Part shown: piece by piece, positions 36,094 to 48,639 of the stretch
How positions within the stretch are numbered: position 1 is the stretch's first letter
Layout: the number at the start of each line of letters is the position of its first letter
Assembly (NCBI GenBank): GCA_964016885.1
Contig: OZ024764.1
Location: forward strand, 22,506,001 to 22,570,000
Reading direction: 5' to 3'
Source: Eledone cirrhosa
Lineage: Eukaryota
DNA length: 64,000 nt
Program-made: the position numbers and the translations under genes
Notes under the pieces: generated by a model
Databases searched by the model: none
The model's input: the letters and a program-made list of their open reading frames with translations, nothing else
What the model was told of the DNA's origin: nothing

Positions 36094-39000
36094 ACGAGGT
36101 AAACATTTTCAACTTTCCCCTTTTTTTGCTTTGTCCGAGACAACTCAAAATATTCTTCAAGGAACTGGATTTTCCATTCGGTTGGATCGAACGGATTTTA
36201 CCATTTATAATCTACGGAGAGGAATAACAGATGTTCGGAGGAAAAAAGAATTGTTTGTGGCAACAACGTAGGGAACCAACCTGGAGCAATTGTATCACAC
36301 AATTATACTTTCCTCCTTAACATACACTTACAATTTTTCAAAATCAAACCCCACAAATATAAAATATAAATAATTATAAATGGCGAGGAACCATCCCATC
36401 TCCCTCTTGAAATAACCTGAATCTATTTATAGTCAGGTGTGACTGAAAGGTCAATCCATACTTCCATTCTATTTCACAGAATTAGAAGCTTTGACCACTT
36501 GATAGAATTCAGGTCCAGTAATGTAATCACTCCGTAATTGTAAACATCTTGTATCACTATCATTCAGGTTTTGATTTTACTCAAGTCTTGCCCATGTTTT
36601 TTGTTTTTTTTCTTTTTTACACAAACTCACAATTTCGGTTTTTACTGCGGATTTACCCATGCGAACTATTACACAAACTCACAGCCTTAGATTTTGTATT
36701 TCTAGCGTTTTTATTTTCCTTCTCTTTGCATGTTCAGTGCTCTTTCTCTCCCACTGTATTTACCTGCCTCTCACAAGACCACACTCCTCTCTACGCACTC
36801 ATCATCTTCTCACTCCTTCTCCACCTTCCATCCCTCCCCTTGCTCAACCCTTACTTCCTCCTCACGCACAGCCCACCTAGGTATTCGTTCAACCCGCCGG
36901 TGGCCCGATGTTTCGACCGAACTATTACCGGCGATTGCCGATTGCTAAAGTTGCCACCACTTTAACCTAGTCCACTCTAGGTGGCGGTGGCATGCGTTGA
37001 ACGACCAAGAGACCTGCTTGGTGGAACGACTATGTGACAACCGGTCAGCCTTCGACCTCTCATTCTCCACCAACTGCAGCACGCACGAGAGGAGCTAACT
37101 TGACCCCACCTACCCCTCCTCTCCTTCACGGCAGATTCCGAACGAATCCAACCCGGCCAACCACACCACCCCTACAACTGTTAGCTCACTACCCAACCTC
37201 CGCTTTAGTCCCACCGTTAGAACCACTGTTGTCTCCTTTACTGACTCACTCCCTTCAGCGAATTCCAACGCTGGCCCTCTACTGCCGGCTGTTGCCAGCC
37301 CGCCACCTGATTGCGCCCTCTGTGCCCGCACTAACCAGTACTTAAAGACAATTAAGTCACCTATGCCACGCAAGCTACCACAGAAGCTGTGTCGGCATCA
37401 CCAAAGCTCAAGCAAAAAGGCTTCAACACTGGACCTGTCATCGGTGCCACTTCAGCTCTGACTATTCCGTGGGGATGACCAACACTCTACCGTCGACTTT
37501 CCACAGCCCCCCCAGGGCTTCACCAAATCATAGCTCGTTAACCGGACCCTTAAGGGAGCTCGGAACAGCTTTGCAGGTGCCCTCTCTAATTTACTGAAAA
37601 ACGTTTGCTCGTCCAACAATAGACTGGCAGAAATTGTTTTTGTTTCCCCTCATCTCTTTTCACGTGCACAATGCGAACTCGGGTTCCCTCAAGTCCTCTC
37701 TCAAGCGGCAGTTCCAGCTGTTTGAGTCCACCCCAACCACGTCTCATCTCAGTTCGTCTCCGAGCTCGGTGTCCACCAACAGACAACCGGTAGACCTCAA
37801 GCGAGCCGTCAATGCCAAATTCAGCGAATTTGACATTAAAGGGGCTGTCCTCCCTTGCTCCATGCAATTCTGACTCTCGTGAGCGTCTGAAGGAGAAGCA
37901 CCCCCAGATGATCAGCAACACTGGCCCGAACCACCAGAATACTTGAGACCGGTTTACACCACCAATATCATCAGAAAGGCGATTTCATCCTTCCCCGCTG
38001 GGTCAGGCGCGGGAATTGATGTCCTTCATCCTCAACACCTCAAGGATGGTATCTCCTTATCGGCCGGTGATGCCGGACTCGAGCTCTTGGAGAGTCTGAC
38101 CCAGTTTGTGAATCAGTGAACGTTCTCCCGTTCATCCGCCCACTGTTCTTCGGTGCGAAGCTATTTGGTCTCACCAAGCCCAACGGGGACCTGCGCCGCA
38201 TTGCGGTTGGCTGCACACCTCGCCGCCTCACTGCAAAGGCGTGATTGCTGTTGGTCTCCAACCCACTGGCGGAGGAATTTTCCCCCATCCAGCTGTGGGT
38301 GGGTACCAGGTTGGGATGTGTGGCTGCTGTCCACGCTGCCAGAACATTTGCCAAGTTGCCCTCCTCATCCCCCAAGGTCATCCTCAAACTTGACCTCAGG
38401 AATGCCTTCAACTCCGTCAGCCGTAACATCGTCCTCGGCTCAGTAAGAGAGAGGGTCCCACAACTCTACCACTTTGCTTGGCAGGCTTATCGGGAGCCCT
38501 CCTACCTCTCTTTCAGTGACCAGATCATCACCTCTGCCTCAGGAGTCCAACAGGGTGACCCACTCGGGACCCCCCCCCCCCCCCGCACTGGACATTGATG
38601 ACGTCACCAAGATGGGGGCTGAGTTGGACCTCAATGTCTGTCAGCTCGACGACGCCTGTTTGAGGGGAACTCCGGATATGGTTCTCGCCACTGCCAACAG
38701 GATGGTGGAGGAGCTTCGCGCCGGGGTCTCCAGATCAATAGCTCCAAATGTGAGCTCTGGATCCTCAACCACCCGGCTTCTTAACACCAACAGCTGATCG
38801 ACCTGTTCACAGAGTCCTTCCCTTCCATCACAGTCCCTCCCCCGTCGGCTTGGTGCTCCTTAGGAGCCCCGATCACAGACCTGGCCTTCGAGTCAACCAT
38901 CCAATCGAAGATGGTTGGCCTTGAGCAGCTGCTGAGGAATATTGAAGATATCGAACCCCATCAAGGTTTCTTCTTACTCAGGAACTACCTGTCTATTCCT

Positions 39001-40367
39001 AAGCTTCTGTATCTGCTCAGGGTCAGCCCCTCTCACAGATTTCCATCCTGCCTCGAACACTTCGACGACCTAATCTTCGAGAGACTCGAGTGTCTGGTCA
39101 ATGTTAGTAAGTGTTCGTCCCTCTCTCTCCCCTGCTTCCTTTCCTCCACCCAAGCTTGCAGCATCCTCTCCTCTCCAACATGGACTAGTTCCAACAGGGA
39201 GTTGTGTGAAGCTCTCCAGCAATGGAGTGAGTTGGGCTTGTCTCTTCCTGAGAAGGTGGAGGACAGTCGAAGTCAGAGAACTTGGGACAGGATACGTTGG
39301 AATGCCACCTTCGACTCCCTCTTCGTCCTCTCAGATCGGTTTACAAGGTGCCGCTTACCATCTGCCAGTGCCAAATACTCCGGTGACTGGGTCGATGCCT
39401 TACCCGTGGCCAACGTTGGAGGCCTACTCAGCCTGGATGAACTTCGTGTCTCCATCACCCTCAGAGTGGGAGCTGACGTCTGCATGGGTTTGAGATGTGG
39501 CTAACTCCTCGACTCCACAGGCCCCCACGGTCTTTCTTGCTGCCTGAATGCCGGCCACTTCGCCCGTCACACGGAGCTAAACTTTATTCTGAAGAGAGCT
39601 TTGGCCCGGGCAAACATCGCCTCAGTCTTGGAACCATCTGGGTTGTCCAGAAGTGGCGCAAAAGACCTGACGGCCTTACCCTGTGCCCCTGGTCGAGAGG
39701 CAGGTGCTTAATCTGGGACGTCACTGTTAGTGACTCCTTTGCTCTTTCCCACATCCTTGATGCTGCGGTAAGGACGAGAGCCACAGCTTCGGCAGCCGAG
39801 CGGAGTAAGACCCTCAAATACTCTGATCTGTCGGCCAGCTACATTTTTCAGCCTGTGGCTTTCGAGACGTTTGGGGGAGTCGGGCCGCTGACTGCGAGGT
39901 TCCTTTCCTCACTGGCGGCTCGCCTTATAGAGGTAACTGGCGAAATCGCGAGGGCGCTTGGCTGTTCCAGCACCTCAGCCTCGCCATCACTCGATGTAAC
40001 ACTGCCAGTGTGCTGGCTTGCCTCAAAACTCATTAGAGAGGTTTCCCAGTACCCCTCGTTGCTGTCTTTTGCTCTGGTGTTGGCTCCGTTGTCCACCCCT
40101 TCCTTTACATTTTCTTTAATATTGCAACATTGAAGGAATTTATCTTTCATTGTATCATCCTTTATAGTGTTACCGAGGCATTTGTAATGTTATTTATATA
40201 TTTAAAACATATTTCTTATGTTATTCTACTGTAAATTTATTTATATGCTCTGTTTATATTTTCATTCTGAAGGAACTTATCCACTTGTGTTGATATAAGT
40301 GATTCTATGACTTTCCTCTAAGCATTGTGTCATTATATATGTTATTATAAACGTGAATAAATTGAAT
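36094..40367 (+). mobile_element. CRE-clade non-LTR retrotransposon, near full length, degenerate, with an unexplained 5' extension
   Basis: Inserted after gaccaccaa (compare the empty site at 55611-55630). RT and RLE motifs as in copy 1 but with fewer deletions (keeps AAERSKTLKYSDL). Confidence 0.88.
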
Positions 40368-40514
40368 CACACCCTAGGGGTTAACTACACACTGGCAGCA
40401 TTACATCGGGTGATGGTGAGGCTAAGGTGCTGAAATAACCAGGTACCCTCACGGGTATCACCTGACGCCTCTGTAAGGTGAGGCTACGGTGCTGAAATAA
40501 CCAGGTACCCTCAC

Positions 40515-40874
40515 GGAAACGACTAGATTTGTAGAAAAAATAGGGTGAAAGTATACAAAGAGATGTAGTTTCACAGATCTACTCACACCTCACGTTGGGT
40601 GGGAATAATTATTTTTCTTAGAATTCTTGCTATACCCCTTTTCCAGTATTTTTTCTCTGGACCCCTTAGATACTTGCGATAGACGTTTTATTTCCCAGTA
40701 TTAGGGTTAGGGTTTCCGTTTTCAGGAAGAAAAGTCGATTGCAAACATCTAAGAGGTCGAGAAATAAAAATAAGGAAAGATAATTATTTCCCAGCCAACT
40801 GGAGAAGTGTGTAGCTCTTCTAAACTCCGATAATCCTGTCTCCCACTTCTTTATCTACAAATCTAGTCGTTTCC
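40515..40874. mobile_element. About 360-bp foldback element, copy 3
   Basis: Same terminal inverted repeats as 3360-3719. Confidence 0.7.
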
Positions 40875-41589
40875 TGCTACTTTGTTCCCTGGGGTATGCC
40901 TTAGTATTTGACACCATCTATCTGTCTTACTCCCTAACTAGAAAGAAGTCAATCTGTCTCATGTGCTCACCTGATTGGTAGGTTATTAGGTGGTTGGTAG
41001 GTTTCTTGAAGTGTTGCAAATGGTTAGTTCACTTGCATCACAAAATACAAGAAGCGTCACTCCTTCATCGTTTCTTGAGCCATAACCATGACCACCATGT
41101 ACCCCAGTGTATCCATCCTGGAGCTGTCCAACATGACCATTCAAGTCCCCTGCTATTATAACTAGGTCTCTGTCATTGTGCTTACCTCTACTTATTCCTT
41201 TTCTACATATGGAGCAGGGCCACTTTCCTGAAGGTGTCAGGGTCTTCTCTCCTATCCATTAGCACTTTAGTTTTGGCTAAGTATATTCTCAGAACTTACC
41301 ATTTCAAATTCTATATCTATAGTTGGTCATCTACATAGAGAAGTTTCCATAGACAGCCAGTCTTAAACCTCTCTGTTATGGCTTGGAGAACTATGATGAA
41401 CAACAGTGGGCTAAGAACTAAACCATGATGAACTCCTACCTGTACCTTCAATTCTTCACTAGACACACTTTACTGACAGCTTCTCACAAGCCATTCTTCT
41501 ACACCTAATTTCCTTAACCCTTTAGTATATAAACTGGCCATATCTGGCCAGAATTCTCCCACATCTTTCTGTTCAAACTGGCCGTAATT

Positions 41590-43502
41590 AAATAATAATA
41601 ATAATAATGAAATTATTGTGTACAGTGCTCAGGTGCACTACAACTCATCAAAGGTGCATGTATAGTACATAGAATAATGTACAAATGTCAGGAAAATGAA
41701 CAGTGCATGAATCATGATATAATAACAATAATGAAATATTGTGTATAGTGCCCAGGTGCACCACAACTCATCAAAAAAGTGCATGTACAGTACATAGGGC
41801 AATGCACAAACATCAGTAAAATGAACAGTGCACGAGTCATGATACACACGTGTGCATGTGTATGGAAGGGGTACATCAGGTGTAGTTTTGGCGTATTTCG
41901 GGAAGCTTGAGTGTCTTAAAGGATGCAGTGTCTCGGCAGCTAACAACTGACGCAGGCAGTTTGTTCCCTACTTCAGCAACTCTGAGCGTGAAAAAATGTC
42001 TACGAAAGTCATGGGAGCTGTGCTGTTTTCTGATCTTGTAGGCATGTCCACGTGTGTTAGACACATGGAGATCAAAGAGGCACTCAGGGTTGCAATTGGC
42101 GAGATGGTTAAAAACTTTGTGGGTATTCACCAAGTCCATTGCCAGACGTCGGAGCTTCAATGAATTCATGCCTAGGGAAGCAAGGCGTTCATAGTATGGT
42201 AGGTGTCTGATGGAGGGTATGTGCTTGGTTGGACGTCTCTGAACAATTTCCAGGAGGTCAATGTTCTGAGCAAGATAGCGGTTCCAGACTGATGATGCGA
42301 ATTCCAAGTGTGGTCGTACCATAGCTGTATACAGTTTTAAATAGATGGCTGGAGAACGGCTAACAAAGGTCTTGCTGAGTGATGCCAAGACACCCTCGGC
42401 CTTCTTGACAATCTTAGAGACATGCTTTGTCCAACGCAAATCGTTGCTGACAGTAATGCCCAGGTCACGTTCACAAGAGGACTTTTTGATATCAGTGTTG
42501 TGGAGGGAGTATGTGGACGCTGGATTTTTCCTTCCAAAATGCATGGTGGTACACTTGTCCACAGCCAGCTTCAGTTGCCAGTCTGTGATCCATTGCTGCA
42601 TTGTGTCCAGGTCTGATTGTAGGAAAGAGTTGTAAATTTCAGGATCAGTCCTTTGGATTTCAAGGTACAGCTTGATGTCATCTGCATATTTCAGTACCGT
42701 GGCATTCTGTAAGTTGGCATCTATGTCATTAATATATGCCACAAACAAAAGAGGACCAAGAACAGATCCCTGTGGTAGACCAGATGACATCTCATATGGT
42801 GAAGAATGCTGTCCTAGAACCGTGACTACTTCCTTTCGGCTGAGAATGAAGGATTTCAACCAGTCGAAAAGATCATCCCTCACACCCATTGCAGAGAGTT
42901 TTGCCATAAGTCTTTTGTGTGGCACAGAATTAAAAGCCTTAGCAAAGTCAAGGTAAACAACATCCACCCATGAGCCGCTGTCAGTGATCCGGGTGATGTC
43001 CTCAAGGAACTCGATAAGCTGATCACAGCAGCTGGAGTTAGGGATAAATCCAAACTGTGAGGACCGGATGAGGCTGTGAGAGCTCCAGAAGTTCCAAAGT
43101 GTTTCTCTGACACAGGATTCCATCAGTTTGGCCATACAGCTAGTAAGACTGACTGGACGATAGTTGACAGGTGACATGCGGTTGCCCTTTTTGAACAGGG
43201 GAATGACACTGGCAGTTTTCCACTGCTCCGGAGTAGCACCATTGTTGAGACAGTATTGAAAGAAGAGAGAAAGCTGGCGCAAAAGGAAATACCCGCCACA
43301 TTTGAGAAGCAGGTATGTCACACCATCAAGACCAGGGGAGGCATAGTTGCGCTTATTCTTAAGGTGACGTCGCAACATTGCAGGTGTAAATTCCATAGTT
43401 GTTATGGAATTTGATGTTAGAGATGGTGGAGATGGTACATTCTGGTTTTCAACAGTAAAAATACTTGCATAGCACTCAGCAACGAGTTCTGCGCATTACT
43501 TG
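41590..43502 (-). mobile_element. CR1/L2-group LINE, 5'-truncated, young; inserted inside the piggyBac-type MITE (41518-43641)
   Basis: (TTA)n 3' tail, possible 3-bp TSD ATT, duplicated block of about 100 bp in the 3'UTR. Absent from the other three units. Confidence 0.9.
41876..43396 (-). CDS. Reverse transcriptase (ORF2 C-terminal part) of the CR1-like LINE
   Basis: Uninterrupted 506 aa: NYRPVSLTS, YLDFAKAFNSVPH, GLPQGSVLGPLLF, YADD, VRPHLEFASSVW. The frame stays open upstream nearly to the truncation point. Confidence 0.85.
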   Translation of the reverse strand: MEFTPAMLRRHLKNKRNYASPGLDGVTYLLLKCGGYFLLRQLSLFFQYCLNNGATPEQWKTASVIPLFKKGNRMSPVNYRPVSLTSCMAKLMESCVRETLWNFWSSHSLIRSSQFGFIPNSSCCDQLIEFLEDITRITDSGSWVDVVYLDFAKAFNSVPHKRLMAKLSAMGVRDDLFDWLKSFILSRKEVVTVLGQHSSPYEMSSGLPQGSVLGPLLFVAYINDIDANLQNATVLKYADDIKLYLEIQRTDPEIYNSFLQSDLDTMQQWITDWQLKLAVDKCTTMHFGRKNPASTYSLHNTDIKKSSCERDLGITVSNDLRWTKHVSKIVKKAEGVLASLSKTFVSRSPAIYLKLYTAMVRPHLEFASSVWNRYLAQNIDLLEIVQRRPTKHIPSIRHLPYYERLASLGMNSLKLRRLAMDLVNTHKVFNHLANCNPECLFDLHVSNTRGHAYKIRKQHSSHDFRRHFFTLRVAEVGNKLPASVVSCRDTASFKTLKLPEIRQNYT

Positions 43503-43643
43503 ATTGGTCACTTGTACTTATGTTAAGGTATTGTTCTCAAAATAAATAACATGAAAATCTCATAGATTTGATATTATGAGAGATAAAGCATTTACTGTGA
43601 AAATATAATAGTAAATATAGAGTAATGTGAATACTAAAGGGTT

Positions 43644-44215
43644 AATCTAATGTCACTAATAACTACTTTTATCAGTCAGTATAATCTAAAGTCACTAATA
43701 ACTACTTTTATCAGTCAGTATAATCTAAAGTCACTAATAACTACTTTTATCAGTCAGTTTAATCTAATGTCACTAATAACTACTTTTATCAGTCAGTATA
43801 ATCTAATGTCACTAATAACTACTTTTATCAGTCAGTATAATCTAATGTCACTAATAACTACTTTTATCAGTCAGTATGAACTAATGTCACTAATAACTAC
43901 TTTTATCAGTCAGTATAATCTAAAGTCACTAATAACTACTTTTATCAGTCAGTATAATCTAATGTCACTAATAACTACTTTTATCAGTCAGTATAATCTA
44001 AAGTCACTAATAACTACTTTTATCAGTCAGTATAATCTAATGTCACTAATAACTACTTTTATCAGTCAGTATGAACTAATGTCACTAATAACTACTTTTA
44101 TCAGTCAGTATAATCTAAAGTCACTAATAACTACTTTTATCAGTCAGTATAATCTAATGTCACTAATAACTACTTTTATCAGTCAGTTTAATCTAATGTC
44201 ACTAATAACTAACCT
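43644..44215. repeat. 39-bp minisatellite, about 14.5 copies
   Basis: Unit aatctaatgtcactaataactacttttatcagtcagt(a/t)t. Confidence 0.95.
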
Positions 44216-44824
44216 ATGTTAGGCAGCACATTCTTCACCAAGGAAGGCCTTAGTATTTATTACAGTCCATTTATCAATATAGAAATATTATATGAAATTT
44301 TTACTGATGTATTACAAGTTTCTGAGTATCTTATAATGTTCTTTTATTATTTCAGAATACCAGAGGACATTGGCATTAAAGAGCACGTTACATCAGACAT
44401 ATCCTCAATATTAACCATTTCTAATGAAAGACACTACCCATCAATTTCAAATAATTTTGAAAACACTCAACACTTTGAAGGGATTTAGTAATATAACTAA
44501 ATTTCTCAGTATTAAGCTGCTATTTGGAACATAACTTTGCACAATTTCATGAACTTATGATGGAAAGTTTTTAGATACATATAAAGACTGGTATGAAAAA
44601 GATAAAACACTTTTATATCAGGTGTTTCATCAACACCATTATTTAAAGATTAAAAGAAGCTGTTATACAGAACAGATACAACCTTGTTTATATAAATCTA
44701 TGGGAGAAATACTGGGAAATGTTTAACATAAAGAAGAAAAATATCCATATATTGACAGAAGAATAATATTAATACTGTGAATTATGTGAGAAACTGAGGT
44801 CATTGATATCTTTTAGTAGGAGTT

Positions 44825-45937
44825 ATGTCGGAAAATATAGTAAAATCACCATTCCACTGTGATATCTGTGGTAAATCATTCTCTCGTAATCAGCTAACTA
44901 CTCCAAAACGTATTCATACAGGAGAGAAGCCTTATCACTGTGAAATCTGTGGTAAATCATTCTCTTGTAGAGATAGCTTAACTAATCACAAACGTATTCA
45001 TACAGGAGAGAAGCCATATCACTGTGATATCTGTGGTAATTCATTCTCTCAGAGTAATCACCTAACTACTCACAAACGTATTCATACAGGAGAGAAGCCT
45101 TATCACTGTGAAATCTGTGGTAAATCATTCAGTTACGGTAGTAGCATCAGAGTTCACAAGCAAATTCATACAGGAGAGAAGCCACATCACTGTGACATCT
45201 GTAGTAAATCATTCTCTTACAGAGATAGCTTAACTAATCACAAACGTATTCATACAGGAGAGAAGCCACATCACTGTGACATCTGTAGTAAATCATTCTC
45301 TTGCAGAGATAGCTTAACTAATCACAAACGTATTCATACAGGAGAGAAGCCACATCACTGTGACATCTGTAGTAAATCATTCTCTTGCAGAGATAGCTTA
45401 ACTACTCACAAACGTATTCATACAGGACAGAAGCCATATCACTGTGACATCTGTGGTAAATCATTCTCTCAAAGTAATCACCTAACTACCCACGGACGTA
45501 CTCATACAGGAGAGAAGCCATATCACTGTGACATCTGTGGTAAATCATTCTCTCGTAGTAATCACCTAACTATCCACAAACGTACTCATACAGGAGAGAA
45601 GCCATATCACTGTGACATCTGTGGTAAATCATTCTCTCATAGTAATCTCCTAACTATCCACAAACGTACTCATACAGGAGAGACGCCATATCACTGTGAC
45701 ATCTGTGGTAAATCATTCTCTCAAAGTAATCACCTAACTCTCCACAAACATACTCATACAGGAGAGAAGCCATATCACTGTGACATCTGTGGTAAATCAT
45801 TCTCTCGTAGTAATCACCTAACTATCCACAAACGTACTCATTTAGGAGAGAAGCCATATCACTGTGACATCTGTGGTAAATCATTCTCTCAAAGTGGTAA
45901 CTTAACCAAGCATGTGCGTATTCATACAGAAGTTTAG
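44825..45937 (+). CDS. Tandem C2H2 zinc-finger protein, 13 finger units (first is degenerate) (ZNF-3)
   Basis: 370-aa ORF. Finger 1 has H-to-P and a codon deletion. Repeated CRDSLT and xSNHLT helices. Confidence 0.92.
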   Translation: MSENIVKSPFHCDICGKSFSRNQLTTPKRIHTGEKPYHCEICGKSFSCRDSLTNHKRIHTGEKPYHCDICGNSFSQSNHLTTHKRIHTGEKPYHCEICGKSFSYGSSIRVHKQIHTGEKPHHCDICSKSFSYRDSLTNHKRIHTGEKPHHCDICSKSFSCRDSLTNHKRIHTGEKPHHCDICSKSFSCRDSLTTHKRIHTGQKPYHCDICGKSFSQSNHLTTHGRTHTGEKPYHCDICGKSFSRSNHLTIHKRTHTGEKPYHCDICGKSFSHSNLLTIHKRTHTGETPYHCDICGKSFSQSNHLTLHKHTHTGEKPYHCDICGKSFSRSNHLTIHKRTHLGEKPYHCDICGKSFSQSGNLTKHVRIHTEV

Positions 45938-45964
45938 CTGTATCAATATCAAACTCATTACATC

Positions 45965-47560
45965 ATACTACAACAACAACAATTGTGTAGATCCATCATC
46001 CTTGCTAAAACTGGGGTCAACCTTGTAGGTTTTACCTAGGACAGGGATCATAAAACCAGGTTTCCATTTTTAAAGCAGTGTTTGAAGATTTTGTGTAAAT
46101 TAAAGTTTTTCACATTAAACTTTGATTTATTATACTTTAACAGGTAAGATATATATTTGTATTTTCAGTAAAGGTTGGGAACTTCTGTAATTTAAACCTG
46201 CCAATAAAATGAAAACTTTTGTTGTTGCTAGTCAGACATTGATATTAATTCTATTGTCCTGTACATTGTCTCAAATATCACAGATTAAACAGATTTTAAC
46301 AATATCAACAGAAATCAATAACTTGTAAGCCTAATATCTAGCTTCCATTTTAACTATTTGATATTGTTGTTCCCCTCCTGTCTCTTCAGGTCTTTTAGAT
46401 TTCAACTTCTATCTACTGTACTATTCCATCACCAAGGCAACATTCATCTGGCTGGCAGCTTACATCAACTACAGATCTCATCAGTGGTTCACAACAGGCT
46501 GTCTGAAAGAAACTTCCAGATATCTTCTATGTCATAGCTATCAATCTCCTCCTCCTTATCATATGTACCACTCTCACACTCCCTCTAGATCTTATATTTA
46601 ACAGGGAGATCTTTTACTATCCCTACTCTTTTCTCTAGATAGTTTTGTACCACTCTCACAGTCCCTATAGATCTTATATTTAACAGGGAGATTCTTTACT
46701 GTCTCTACCCTTTTCTCTAGGTTGTCTTATACCTCTCTCACAGTCCCTATATATATCTTATATTTAACAGGGAGATCTTTTACTATCCCTACCCTTTTCT
46801 CTAGGTCGTCTTGTACCTCCCTCACAATCCCTGTAGATCTTATATTTAACAGGGAGATCTTTTACTCTCCAACCCTTCTACAGATAGTCTTGTATATGTC
46901 ATTCCCTCTAGATCTTACACCTCGTATCTAGTCTATGTTGAGTGGTACGTCCTTCTCCAGTAAAGGAGTTAATATTCCCTACCATCTGTCTATCCTGTTT
47001 TCTGATGAGAATGAAGTCAATCTAGTTTATCTCTTCACCTGATTGAAGTAACTAGATCAAGTAACTAGATGTTTTCCTGTAAGTTAGTGTTGCAGTGTTT
47101 GTGTCACCATGTAAGGTTTATATCTATTTTATATAGAGATGTAGTAAAGTTTTCACTGTTGTATCTCTACTTTCTAAATATCTTTATAATGTTTCTCTAC
47201 TATTTCAGAATATCACATGACCTTGACAGAAAAGAGTCTTTTAAAGACAACAGAAAGATGTTAAATTCAAGATATAAACTTGTTTTTATTCTGTGGTGAA
47301 TTATGGTGAAATATTTCTTCTGAATTGAGATAAATATTTTCCTTTTTCACTGTCTGGAATATTTACAAGATGATTTTACATTCTGATTAAACTTTAGATA
47401 TTTACAAAGGAGTTTTCAAAATATTTGGATATTGACAAAGATCACATTTGGTAAAAATTATGAACAATAGAAATATTTACATTAACATAGGAATATTTTC
47501 CAGTAGAGATGGGAAAATCATTATACCACTGTAATATTTGTGGTAAAGTATTCTCTCTTT
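45965..47560 (+). pseudogene. Relic second ZNF gene behind ZNF-3 (contains an 82-bp satellite at about 46570-46920)
   Basis: Donor at 46144, acceptor at about 47208, gggaaaatcattataccactgtaatatttgtggtaaagtattctct at 47511. Confidence 0.6.
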
Positions 47561-47696
47561 ATATGTAGAACATCTAACTAAACACTTTAACTAACAAACT
47601 ATTGTGCTATAAAATTGACAAACTTGAGCAATGTTTAATAAATGTTACAGATTTCTCCAAACTGTCGTTTACTAACTTTAATTTGAAGCTATGTTA

Positions 47697-48061
47697 TCTA
47701 TATACTACTAAAACTCTGTGATTGTGTCTTGTCTGTAATTTAATACAGCTAAAACAGTGCATAATGGGGAAATACTTTGAAAGGAATAAAACAATTTTTG
47801 TATAAATTGGAGCACAGGTTCCCAAGATACGGGGATTTCTGGGTACCTTGATATATATAGGGAGAGAAAGAGATAGTGGTTGTGAGAGTGAGGAGACAGA
47901 TGGAAGAGAGAGAGAGAGCTGGTGGTGTTGTTTAATAAAATGTGTGTGTGTGTATATATATATACGTATGTGTATATTTTAACTATTTAAAAATCATTTT
48001 TAAATGACTTTTAAAAAATAGTTTTAAGGGAACGTGACCCAACAGGTCCCGGGTGGTCTAG
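47697..48061 (+). mobile_element. Non-autonomous Helitron
   Basis: A|TC ... hairpin ... CTAG|T. Confidence 0.7.
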
Positions 48062-48639
48062 TTTGTTACTAAATACTAGATATTAGAGGGTCATGTTGTT
48101 CTAGATGTGCTGGAAGAGCCATTCCATCTCGTGAGGTTCACCAGCAGCTAGCCACCTCAGCACCTATGGTGGTATATTTATTATATTATTTATTCTTTAT
48201 CATTAACATTAATATAAAAGATAATTATATATTTTTAGAGAAGAACCTCTAATTTCATATAGCTTAGGGCTTCAGTAGGTAAAAGTCTGGCCCTGCTTGT
48301 CTTGTATTTTTTAGGGGAGAAGTTAGGGAATACTGTTATTGTGTGAAAGTTTTCTAAATCTTCTTCAGCCACTAACATGGAGAAGATATTTCAGTAAGAA
48401 GGTTCACATCCTGACATCTATAGCTGTTAACAATGAGATTGGAATTCATTATTAAACAAATGTTATATCATCATCACTGTTTTACATCATTTTTTCCATG
48501 CTGGCATGGGTTAGACGAGTTATCCTGTTGTAAGCAAAGCCAGGTCAGGTGACCATGTCTGGCTCCTACAGAACAAATTTTGGTTTGGTTTCTACAGCTG
48601 GATGACCTTCCTAGAACCAACCTTATTTACATTAAGTAC

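Noticed and set aside
36060-36110. Spliced-leader or snRNA gene as the CRE target
   Set aside because: The target is the 3'UTR of an older CRE. I saw no Sm site or SL-like structure at the junction.
43644-44215. CRISPR-like array or repeat-protein gene (ORFs 43650-44222 and 60567-61022)
   Set aside because: Head-to-tail units with no unique spacers, no cas genes and a eukaryotic context. The ORF follows from a stop-free 39-bp unit and collapses in units 1 and 2.
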